NCBI GenBank assembly: GCA_016795025.1
Contig: JAEUIR010000051.1
Location: 1-22,627 of the forward strand
Length of the DNA stretch: 22,627 bases
Direction of reading: 5' to 3'
DNA from: Phycisphaerales bacterium
Lineage (GTDB): Bacteria; Planctomycetota; Phycisphaerae; UBA1845; Fen-1342
The translations under genes were made by a program, and so were the position numbers. Shown here piece after piece: positions 7,403 to 14,751 of the stretch (position 1 is the stretch's first letter; each line of letters opens with the position of its first letter). Below the pieces are notes generated by a model. That model did not search any database. It was not told the origin of the DNA and saw nothing but the letters and a program-made list of their open reading frames with translations.

Positions 7403-9976
7403 ATGGCGGACAATTCAGCGGGGAATTCCGAGCGCGCCCAGCGAATTGAAGCGATCGTGCGGGAATACATCGAATCCATCGGCGACGCTGCCGCGCCGCG
7501 GATGGAGGAGTTGGTGAAGGCTCACCCCGATCTCGCGCCCGACCTTGAAAATGAGTTGCGCGTCGCGGTCCATCAAACACTGAGCGACTCGACCAACGCG
7601 GCCCCGAACTCAACCACCGTGCTGGCCGCGCCGCCTGGGGTGTCCTCGTCGCCGTTGCCGCCGCCGGGCACGTTCGACGGCTATGACATTGTGAGCGTGC
7701 TGGGGCAAGGCGCGCAGGGCATCGTGTACAAGGCGATCGAGCATCGGCCGCGACGAAAAGTCGCGATCAAAATGCTGACGGACGGCATGCACGCGACGGC
7801 GGAGCGTCGGCAACGCTTTGATCGCGAGATCGAGATCATCGCCCGATTGCAGCATCCGAACATCGTCTCGGTGCTGCGCAGCGGCGAAACGCCATTTCGG
7901 CAGCCGTATTACGTCATGGACTATGTCCGCGGCGCGTCGCTCACGCGTTATGTCCGCGATCAGCAGCTCACAGTGCCCCAGGCGCTGCGGCTGTTTGTGG
8001 AAGTATGCGATACCGTTCAGGCCGCGCATGCCCAGAGCATCGTGCATCGCGATCTCAAGCCGTCGAATATTCTGGTCAGCCTGCACGGTCAGCCGCACGT
8101 GCTGGATTTCGGGCTTGCGAAGGCATTCGGCGAGTCTGAGATGGCGGGCTTGTCGCGAACGTATGAAGTTCGCGGCACGGCGCAATACTTGTCGCCGGAG
8201 CAGGCTCGCGGGGAAAACCACGCGCTCGACGCGCGCAGCGACGTGTATTCGCTGGGGGTGATCCTGTTTCAAATCCTGACGGGAGAGTTTCCGTACCCGG
8301 TGATCGGCTCCTTTGAGAGCGTCTTGCACAACATTCGCGAAACGCCGCCGGCGGCGGCCATGCGGGCGTGGTCGATGGACGGCGGAATCGTCCAGCGCGG
8401 CGAGCATGGCGAAATTCGCAAGGTATGCCCGATCGATCAGCGATTGAATCGCATCGTGATGAAATCCTTGTCCAAGGATCGAAATCGGCGCTATGCGAAT
8501 GCGGGTGAGTTGGCGGCGGACATTCGGCGTTATCTGGCGCATGAACCGTTGGAGGCGGTAGGCGACGGGCCGGTTTTTCGTTCTCGCGCCGGATGGCAGC
8601 GCATGATTCGTCGGCAACCAATCATCGGCTATTTCGCGGCGATGCTCGCGACAGTGCTTGTCGCGCAGTCGCTATTTGTGGATATCGTGTTCTATCGCAC
8701 ATCGCTGAATCAGTTCTTTGAGCAGCGCGCAGTGAAATTTCAGCAGGCTCCGCTAGCGCGAAACGCGCGGCTCGCGCATGTTCAGATTTTGGAAATGCAA
8801 TCCACCCAAAGTGTGATGGAGCTTGCTCGAACTCAGGGAATTTCGATCCCGGAGAGTTTGTCGCCGGCAGAATTTCGGAGCAAAGAGTGGTATCGCATTC
8901 GCGAATTACACGGGCAATTGATGCTGCGCCTGGCTGAGAAAATGCGTGATTGGCGGCCTCGCGCGGTGGTGTTCGACATTTTCTTCAATTCAGCCCGACC
9001 GGAGCAGGACGCGGTGTTCGTGCAGGGCGTGGAAGCGCTGCGCGTGAAAGGCGTGCCCGTGGTAGTCGCCGTCGCGCAGCAACCGCTCGCCGTGAATTCG
9101 ACGCTGGAATCCAGCGAGAACATTCTGCCGAAGGTGTTTCCGGGGGGCGCGTCGACGCATTTGAACGAGCGGCCGTGGCTCTATCACCTGGCCATTCATC
9201 GCGTGGGCCATCGCTCGTTTCCGTCGATCGCGCTGGCGGCGTTTCTGGCGGCGAATTACGCCGATTACACCTACACGCTCACGCCCTATGAAGACAAGCT
9301 GTTGGTAGGGCTGTCGCCGCGCGAGTCGTCGCTGCTGTGGGGTTCGTTGATTCCAATCGCCAGATCGCTGGTGATCGAAGTTGGCGACCATGTTCAACTG
9401 CGAACCGCACCGAAGAAACCAGACGGCACTGCCGCGGGCGATGTTGTTTCCCAATTGCTGATCATCCCGCCGCGACAAAAGTGGTTCGCCACGAGCACGC
9501 TCCCTTACGACACGGTATTTGAAAAGAGTGAGTTGGAGCTGCGCCGACTGTTTGACGACCGTTACGTGTTGATCGGCGATACCGATGGCGATTCCAAAGC
9601 GGGTTATGCGGAGTCGGACGAGGAATACCGCGGATACCATGTACATGCGGTGGCGCTGGAGCAATTGGGGGGCAAGCCGGCGGATGATCGCGTTGTGCTG
9701 GAGCGACGCCTGATCTCGGCCACGGGGTCGGTGACATATCCCGCGCTGGCGGCCGTATGTCTGATCGCCTGTCTGTTCGGTGCGCGCCAGGAAGGCCGGC
9801 CATGGGCGCGCCTGCTGACGGGCGTCGGCGCGTCGCTGGTCATTTTTTGCATTTCGCTCGGACTGGTCGCGATTGCGAATATCGACTTAAATCCGTTTGT
9901 ATTCATCGGCGCATGGTGGATGGCAATGGAACTGGCGGCGGCCGTGCGGCGCACGGCGACGGCCGAGGTCATCTAA
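7403..9976 (+). CDS. Hanks-type Ser/Thr protein kinase with a C-terminal transmembrane CHASE2 sensor module
   Basis: Kinase motifs are all present: LGQGAQGIVYKA (Gly loop), VAIKML (VAIK), HRDLKPSNILV (catalytic loop), DFGLAKA (DFG), LSPEQARG (APE-like) and DVYSLGVILFQILTGEFPY. A TM helix follows (IIGYFAAMLATVLVAQSLFVDIVFY), then a ~300 aa extracytoplasmic region with the CHASE2-like block RPRAVVFDIFFNSARPEQDAVFVQGVEALRVKGVPVVVAVAQ, then 2-3 C-terminal TM helices (YPALAAVCLIACLF, LTGVGASLVIFCISLGLVAIANI, FVFIGAWWMAMELAAAV). The start is set at the ATG at 7403, preceded by GGAG; the ORF-track start at 7349 adds 18 poorly fitting residues. Confidence 0.8.
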   Translation: MADNSAGNSERAQRIEAIVREYIESIGDAAAPRMEELVKAHPDLAPDLENELRVAVHQTLSDSTNAAPNSTTVLAAPPGVSSSPLPPPGTFDGYDIVSVLGQGAQGIVYKAIEHRPRRKVAIKMLTDGMHATAERRQRFDREIEIIARLQHPNIVSVLRSGETPFRQPYYVMDYVRGASLTRYVRDQQLTVPQALRLFVEVCDTVQAAHAQSIVHRDLKPSNILVSLHGQPHVLDFGLAKAFGESEMAGLSRTYEVRGTAQYLSPEQARGENHALDARSDVYSLGVILFQILTGEFPYPVIGSFESVLHNIRETPPAAAMRAWSMDGGIVQRGEHGEIRKVCPIDQRLNRIVMKSLSKDRNRRYANAGELAADIRRYLAHEPLEAVGDGPVFRSRAGWQRMIRRQPIIGYFAAMLATVLVAQSLFVDIVFYRTSLNQFFEQRAVKFQQAPLARNARLAHVQILEMQSTQSVMELARTQGISIPESLSPAEFRSKEWYRIRELHGQLMLRLAEKMRDWRPRAVVFDIFFNSARPEQDAVFVQGVEALRVKGVPVVVAVAQQPLAVNSTLESSENILPKVFPGGASTHLNERPWLYHLAIHRVGHRSFPSIALAAFLAANYADYTYTLTPYEDKLLVGLSPRESSLLWGSLIPIARSLVIEVGDHVQLRTAPKKPDGTAAGDVVSQLLIIPPRQKWFATSTLPYDTVFEKSELELRRLFDDRYVLIGDTDGDSKAGYAESDEEYRGYHVHAVALEQLGGKPADDRVVLERRLISATGSVTYPALAAVCLIACLFGARQEGRPWARLLTGVGASLVIFCISLGLVAIANIDLNPFVFIGAWWMAMELAAAVRRTATAEVI

Positions 9977-9992
9977 CGTTTGGGAGCAGAAA

Positions 9993-10733
9993 ATGCGGCG
10001 AGCTTGCATCATCGTGGCGATGGCTGTTGGATTGATGGCCGTCGGCTGCGCACACGATCGAAAGTTCATTGTGGTCAAGGCTCCGGAAGGCATGGGGTTT
10101 GACACGGAGTTCTTCGCGACGACGGCGGCCGTCCCATCGTCCGGCTGGTTCATCACGGGCGAAGTTTTCAAGGGTTCAGGCAACTCGGTGATGTTCATTG
10201 ATTACACCACCGGCTCAACGTATGGGACTGAAATCACGACGCCCGCGACGTATTCCGCCACCAAACCAACGCAAATGCACGTGATCGGCGGAGGGTTTGA
10301 CTATCACGTCATGCTTGTTCCCGAACCGGGTTTCACCGCGACGATGCAATTGACGTCGCCTTCATCGCCGGCGACTTTTGGCGGGAATTACAATTTTGTT
10401 TACATCCATGGGAATTGGCCGACGACAACCACGACGCACACCACCATCGCGGCTTCCGGCTGTTCGATTCTGGTGCTTGGCCGCGTAAATCCGGTCACGA
10501 CTACGACGTTTGACCAGGTTTTCCTGCTGCGGCAATCCACCGCGGGCGGCGGCGTGAGCATTTCCAAGAATGGCGTTCCCGGGTCATATCTGCTCTCGAC
10601 GATCCGCCACTACGTCGAGGTCATCACCACGACGCCCGTCGCGGATTTTCCAATCCAGAATCTGCCGGCTCTGGATCAGGAGCGTTTCTCAAAATCGGAA
10701 GGCCTGGCGCTGCTGACCAGGACCGGACCGTGA
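9993..10733 (+). CDS. Secreted lipoprotein, paralog 1 of a three-member tandem family of unknown function (Thr-rich core GNWPTTTTTHTTIAASG)
   Basis: Starts at the ATG at 9993 with a GGGAG RBS at 9982-9986, 16 nt after the kinase stop. The N-terminus MRRACIIVAMAVGLMAVGC is a lipoprotein-type signal (lipobox-like AVGC). It shares the core ...NYNFVYIHGNWPTTTTTHTTIAASGCSILVLG with the two downstream paralogs. Confidence 0.6.
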   Translation: MRRACIIVAMAVGLMAVGCAHDRKFIVVKAPEGMGFDTEFFATTAAVPSSGWFITGEVFKGSGNSVMFIDYTTGSTYGTEITTPATYSATKPTQMHVIGGGFDYHVMLVPEPGFTATMQLTSPSSPATFGGNYNFVYIHGNWPTTTTTHTTIAASGCSILVLGRVNPVTTTTFDQVFLLRQSTAGGGVSISKNGVPGSYLLSTIRHYVEVITTTPVADFPIQNLPALDQERFSKSEGLALLTRTGP

Positions 10734-10815
10734 CGATCGTCATTCGGCACGCGCGGCGCTTGATCGCCAAGCGCCGCGCTGCGATGATTGCGGCACACCT
10801 TTTCGGAGTGTCTGC

Positions 10816-11496
10816 ATGATGGGGTCGATGCTTGTCGCCGGGTTGCTCACGCTGCATATGTTGCCCGTGCCGGAAGCGCGAGAGATGATCGATGCTGCGC
10901 AAGTCGCTCCAACCGCTCAAATTCTCGGCTACTTTGAATACAAGCCTGACGGCGTCAGCTTCGAATTCAACCGGCTCGGCACACCCACGGCGTTTCCATT
11001 TGACTCGGTTCAATCGATTCAAAAGCCGACGCAGATTCGCTGTACATCTTCAACATGGGATTACACGCTGCTGATTGTGCCGAAATCCGGGCAACAGCCC
11101 ACGCTAAGAATCGAAAAGGACAACGGTACGCCGGGGCGAGCGATTTTCGGGTCCGGCGTGGATTACATCATTCTCAGCGGCCGCTGGCCGGTGATCGAGA
11201 CGGAGCACACGACTTCCGCGGCGGCCGGCGTGGTCATTGTGGTGTACCCGTTCCAGGACAGCGGCAAGAATTTTGATCGCTATGTGATGTTGCAGCGGAC
11301 CGCCAGCGATGGCATGCTGAAGGCGCGATCGAAAGTGGGGTCGCCGCCGGATCAACAACTGGCTCTGCGCGGAGCGTGCGTAGCGCTTGCCTCCGACGAG
11401 GTGCGGCACTCGCATTTGATGGACGACGAAGCGGTGGACAAATCAGTGGCGAAGATGCGCGGTCTGGGCGCGCTGACGCTGACAATTCCGCCGTAA
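10816..11496 (+). CDS. Secreted protein, paralog 2 of the tandem family (core GRWPVIETEHTTSAAAG)
   Basis: ATG at 10816 with GGAG 8 nt upstream. The hydrophobic N-terminus MMGSMLVAGLLTLHMLPVPEA is a signal-peptide candidate. The core VDYIILSGRWPVIETEHTTSAAAGVVIVVYP aligns with paralogs 1 and 3. The upstream block TQIRCTSSTWDYTLLIVPKSG aligns with paralog 1 TQMHVIGGGFDYHVMLVPEPG. Confidence 0.6.
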   Translation: MMGSMLVAGLLTLHMLPVPEAREMIDAAQVAPTAQILGYFEYKPDGVSFEFNRLGTPTAFPFDSVQSIQKPTQIRCTSSTWDYTLLIVPKSGQQPTLRIEKDNGTPGRAIFGSGVDYIILSGRWPVIETEHTTSAAAGVVIVVYPFQDSGKNFDRYVMLQRTASDGMLKARSKVGSPPDQQLALRGACVALASDEVRHSHLMDDEAVDKSVAKMRGLGALTLTIPP

Positions 11497-11617
11497 TGGC
11501 GATCGGTCGGCTCGGGTCTCATTCACCTGACCAGGCGCGGCCGCATGCTTTTGGAGCTCCGTGTTGTTCTTGTAGCGGCGTATTCTCGGTCAGGCTTTGT
11601 TTGGATTGGAATTGACG

Positions 11618-12238
11618 ATGCTGCGAGCGATCGGACTTTTGATGCTGACGGGGTTGATGGGGGGCATCGCGGGCTGTCCTGGAGCTCTCGATTTGTCGGA
11701 TTGCTGCGACGGTCCGGCGGGATTGGCGACTTTCGCAGTGGATTTTTCGTCGCTCACATCGTCACGGTCGTTTGATGTTGCACTGCCGTCGCGTGTGACA
11801 CTCACAGGCGCCGGCGTGGATTGCGTGATCTGGGTGCTGCCGGCGGACACAGCCGGCGCGAGCGTGATCGTCGAACCAAACGGAAGGGCGCGAATCACTG
11901 GAAACTACTCGGCGATCTACATATCTGGTAACTGGCCTGTGGTGGAAACGACGCACACGACAGCGGCCGCGTCGGGCTTGGTCGGACTGGTGCTGCCGGA
12001 GGCCGCCGAGGGTGGTGAATACGTATACAACGCGGCGCTGCTGGCGGCCGGCGGCACTTTGGGTGTCGGTCCCGCGGCGGATCAGCCGATCGCGCTCGGG
12101 CAGTTTCGTTTCATGACGAATCAGGCGGTGGGGGAGGCCACAGCGCTTTCATCCGTGGAGCCAGGCGGCGGGGCGGTATCGACTCAGATCGCGGCCGTGC
12201 TGGCACAGATCGAATCGTTGGAGGCTCGCGTGGAGTGA
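11618..12238 (+). CDS. Secreted lipoprotein, paralog 3 of the tandem family (core GNWPVVETTHTTAAASG)
   Basis: ATG at 11618; the ORF track starts at a TTG at 11597. The N-terminus MLRAIGLLMLTGLMGGIAGC has a lipobox-like IAGC. The core GNYSAIYISGNWPVVETTHTTAAASGLVGLVLPEA aligns with paralogs 1 and 2. The C-terminal 20 residues are helical (STQIAAVLAQIESLEARVE). Confidence 0.6.
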   Translation: MLRAIGLLMLTGLMGGIAGCPGALDLSDCCDGPAGLATFAVDFSSLTSSRSFDVALPSRVTLTGAGVDCVIWVLPADTAGASVIVEPNGRARITGNYSAIYISGNWPVVETTHTTAAASGLVGLVLPEAAEGGEYVYNAALLAAGGTLGVGPAADQPIALGQFRFMTNQAVGEATALSSVEPGGGAVSTQIAAVLAQIESLEARVE

Positions 12239-12296
12239 GCAGTGCCGCGCGGCAGGCGAATCGTCCGGCGATCGGTATCTCGCCCCATGCTGAGTG

Positions 12297-13454
12297 TTAC
12301 TTGCCCCACTCCGTCGCACGTTCGTTTAGCTCGGTAAGCATCTTCACATAGCTGCGATGACGCCGCGGGCTGATGCGGCCGTCGGCGACGGCGGCGAGTA
12401 TCGCGCAGCCTTCCTGATTCACGTGCAGGCAGTCGCTGAACCGGCATTGCACGACGAGCGGCGCGAATTCGGTGAAGTGCAACTCCAACTCGCCTAGTTC
12501 GAGACGCCACAAATCAAACTGTCGAATGCCCGGAGTATCGACAACGAAGCCTCCGAAGTGCAGCGGCAATAGCTGCGCGTTCGTCGTGCAGTGTCGGCCT
12601 TTTTGATTGGCGTCGCTCACTTCGGCCACGCGCAGGCTCGCGCCGGGCTCGAGCGCATTGATGAGCGAGCTTTTTCCGACGCCGCTCTGGCCGGAAAGCG
12701 CGGTGATGTGGCCGCGCATTTCGTCGCGCAAAGCACCGAGCCCGAGACCGCTGCGCGCGCTGGCGAAAATGCAGGTGTAGCCGATGCCGCGATACTCCTC
12801 GACGAGTTCGGCAATGGTGAGCAGCGGCCCGTCATAGTCGTCATCGTCGTAATCCACCTCGCCGGCGACCAGATCGCACTTGCTGAAGCAAATGATCGGC
12901 CGCAGCTCGCCTTTATGTGCGGCGATGAGATAGCGATCGATGAGGTGCGGCTTGGGTTTCGGCTCAGCGACGGCGGTGACGATGAGCAACTGATCGGCGT
13001 TGGCGACCATGACATGCTCGCGCCCGCGAAAGTCGCGCCGCGATAATCGCGAGCGGCGTTCGTCGACGCGCTCGATGACGCCGGCGCTCTGGCCGGGCGG
13101 AGCGTCGGCGAGTTTTGAGAACCACACGCGGTCGCCGACGATGACGGGGCTGCGTTCATCGATGGACACGGTGCGCAGCTTGCGGCGAATGGTGCAATCC
13201 CAGACAACGTCCCCGGCATGCACGCGGCAGACCAGCCCGTGAACCGCGAGCACGACGCCGCTGGTCCACAGTGCCTCGTCGACCAGTGGGGCGTCGTCGT
13301 CGCCGACGATGATCGTGCGTTTTCTCGAAGCCGCGCCTTTTGACCGGACGCTCTCGTTGCGATCGGCGTCGATTGTTTGGCCGGGCTGGTTGCGGTTTGC
13401 GCGAAAATCGACACGGACTTTACGGCCGGTCTTTTTTTTGCCATGCTTGGCCAT
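12297..13454 (-). CDS. rsgA: Ribosome small-subunit-dependent GTPase A (RsgA/YjeQ)
   Basis: Circularly permuted GTPase order: G4-like CFSKCDL, then G1 LSGQSGVGKSSLINAL, then TTNAQLLPLHFGGFVVDTPG (G2/G3). The C-terminal zinc finger CRFSDCLHVNQEGCAI is typical of RsgA. It has an N-terminal Lys/Arg-rich extension and an OB-fold region. Confidence 0.85.
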   Translation of the reverse strand: MAKHGKKKTGRKVRVDFRANRNQPGQTIDADRNESVRSKGAASRKRTIIVGDDDAPLVDEALWTSGVVLAVHGLVCRVHAGDVVWDCTIRRKLRTVSIDERSPVIVGDRVWFSKLADAPPGQSAGVIERVDERRSRLSRRDFRGREHVMVANADQLLIVTAVAEPKPKPHLIDRYLIAAHKGELRPIICFSKCDLVAGEVDYDDDDYDGPLLTIAELVEEYRGIGYTCIFASARSGLGLGALRDEMRGHITALSGQSGVGKSSLINALEPGASLRVAEVSDANQKGRHCTTNAQLLPLHFGGFVVDTPGIRQFDLWRLELGELELHFTEFAPLVVQCRFSDCLHVNQEGCAILAAVADGRISPRRHRSYVKMLTELNERATEWGK

Positions 13455-13589
13455 TGGTGGAATTGTATCGGTGGAGGGGCGCGGACGGGGGAAGCGTCAC
13501 GTATACCCGAAATGAATGTGGCATTTGTACACGCACTGCACAGCAAAGCAGGTATTCTGGAGCGAGTATTGTCGGCAGCGCTGCGGTCG

Positions 13590-13991
13590 TTATGGCGCCT
13601 GGCCTTTTGGAAAGTCGCATTTTGAGCATTTTCGCGGGTCGTTGGGTCCGGGGGCGAGTTTGACCACATCACCGTGTGCGGGGCAGCGCTTGCCGCGGAC
13701 GCCCTTGCGCTCGTTGCACTTGGGGCAGCGGTATTTCATCATGCGCGTTTGTGCGTCGCTGTCGTAATCGTTGCGGCGCTGCGCGTCGTCAATCTGCCGC
13801 AATGTCATGTCGAACTGCTGATTGCAACCTTCGCAGACGAACGCGACAGCGCTGTCCGCGTCGTCTGGCGCGGCGTCTTCGATCGAGCTGCCTTTTGTGA
13901 ACAGCCGCCATGCGGCCAATCCGCCGACGAGCACGACAACTCCGGCGAGAACATAGGTTTTGGCTGCGGCGCGCCGAAGATGCCGATTCAT
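13590..13991 (-). CDS. Small membrane-anchored Cys-rich (double zinc-ribbon-like) protein, function unknown
   Basis: From the internal ATG at 13991: MNRHLRRAAAKTYVLAGVVVLVGGLAAWRLF (positive N-terminus plus one TM, giving N-in topology). It is followed by CEGC...CPKC and CPAHG...CSKC, i.e. four CxxC-type pairs. The upstream 71 codons of the 204 aa ORF are low-complexity and were excluded. Confidence 0.4.
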   Translation of the reverse strand: MNRHLRRAAAKTYVLAGVVVLVGGLAAWRLFTKGSSIEDAAPDDADSAVAFVCEGCNQQFDMTLRQIDDAQRRNDYDSDAQTRMMKYRCPKCNERKGVRGKRCPAHGDVVKLAPGPNDPRKCSKCDFPKGQAP

Positions 13992-14751
13992 CCGGTTTGC
14001 TCCATTGACGATGCGGCGGCGAGGATACCGCGCGAGTTGCGAGCGAGCGAGTGGCGGACTGCTTTGCGGAATCATCATGCAGCACGCAAGACGCAGAAGG
14101 AAAGCCGGGTGAGCGGCAAATCGCCGGTCAAGTGCCAAGCAAACCGCATGCCGCGAATTTTGCCATGCGCATCGAAAAGTCACGCAAACTGTGTGCCGCG
14201 CCAAACCGCGACAATGTCTTGGAATAACTCCTCGCCCGCCATGAATGCGCCATATCGAATTACGCTTTTTGTCGATTCTTGGAATCGCTTGTCATGCGCA
14301 TTTGCACCGGCCGAAATATGTGCTAGGTTTCTTCTAGTGACGCTGAATGCCGAATGTCGCGGCGCCGGTCGCCGCGGCAACGGGGAACCCAGGCGCGGCA
14401 CACAGTCGGCCGATCGTCGGTCGGCGCCGCAGGGGCGAATCCGCGACGCATGCGGACGCAAACAGCGATTTGCGAGCCCGTCAGCTAACCTCGTAGGCGC
14501 TACCGCTGGAGCGTTGTTATGCGCATCTCATAGCTCATCCGCGGCCGGGCTTCCCGGCAATCCGTCGAATCAAGCTCTCATCCGAACCGCGCAAGCTGTC
14601 GTTCGGGCGCAGCAGGCGCGCGGAGAGCGGCTTCGATCATCGCCCATCATGACGCAATGGCCGCGCGCCAGCGATGCCGCGCCTCACGCGCGAACGCGGC
14701 CTTCCGCATCGCGGTGCGCTGGCTGAACCGCGAGCGAACGAGGAGCCTGTC
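13992..14751. promoter_or_regulatory. Long (~760 bp) divergent non-coding region between the zinc-ribbon gene and the flotillin gene. Likely carries both promoters and a long 5' leader
   Basis: No protein-like ORF on either strand; the 350 aa + ORF 13674..14726 and the 93 aa - ORF have Arg/Ala/Pro-rich, non-protein-like composition. There is a locally AT-richer patch at 14240-14340 (TTGCAC-16nt-TAGGTT, a weak sigma70-like element). An AGGAG RBS at 14741-14745 precedes the flotillin GTG at 14752. Confidence 0.3.

Noticed and set aside
7610-8617. 335 aa - ORF inside the kinase gene.
   Set aside because: Antisense shadow of the Ser/Thr kinase domain. Arg-rich.
12239-12296. Palindrome tgccgcgcggca between convergent paralog-3 and rsgA stops. 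Considered as a terminator.
   Set aside because: A perfect palindrome with no loop gives an effective stem of only ~4 bp, and no U-tract follows. Too weak to call.
12617-13672. 351 aa - ORF (Ser/Ala/Pro/Thr-rich).
   Set aside because: It is an alternate frame of the rsgA gene on the same strand. The composition is low-complexity and RsgA motifs are unambiguous in the other frame.
14359-14430. Cloverleaf-like nested inverted repeats. Considered as a tRNA.
   Set aside because: No conserved D-loop (GG) or T-loop (GTTCRANYC) sequence, no plausible anticodon arm geometry, and the stems are pure GC. Kept only as a low-interest candidate structured element.
13674-14726. 350 aa + ORF spanning the zinc-ribbon gene antisense and the long intergenic region.
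   Set aside because: The composition is non-protein-like (Arg/Ala/Pro/Gly-rich) with no motifs. Half of it is antisense to a better-supported gene. Long stop-free frames are expected by chance at this GC content.
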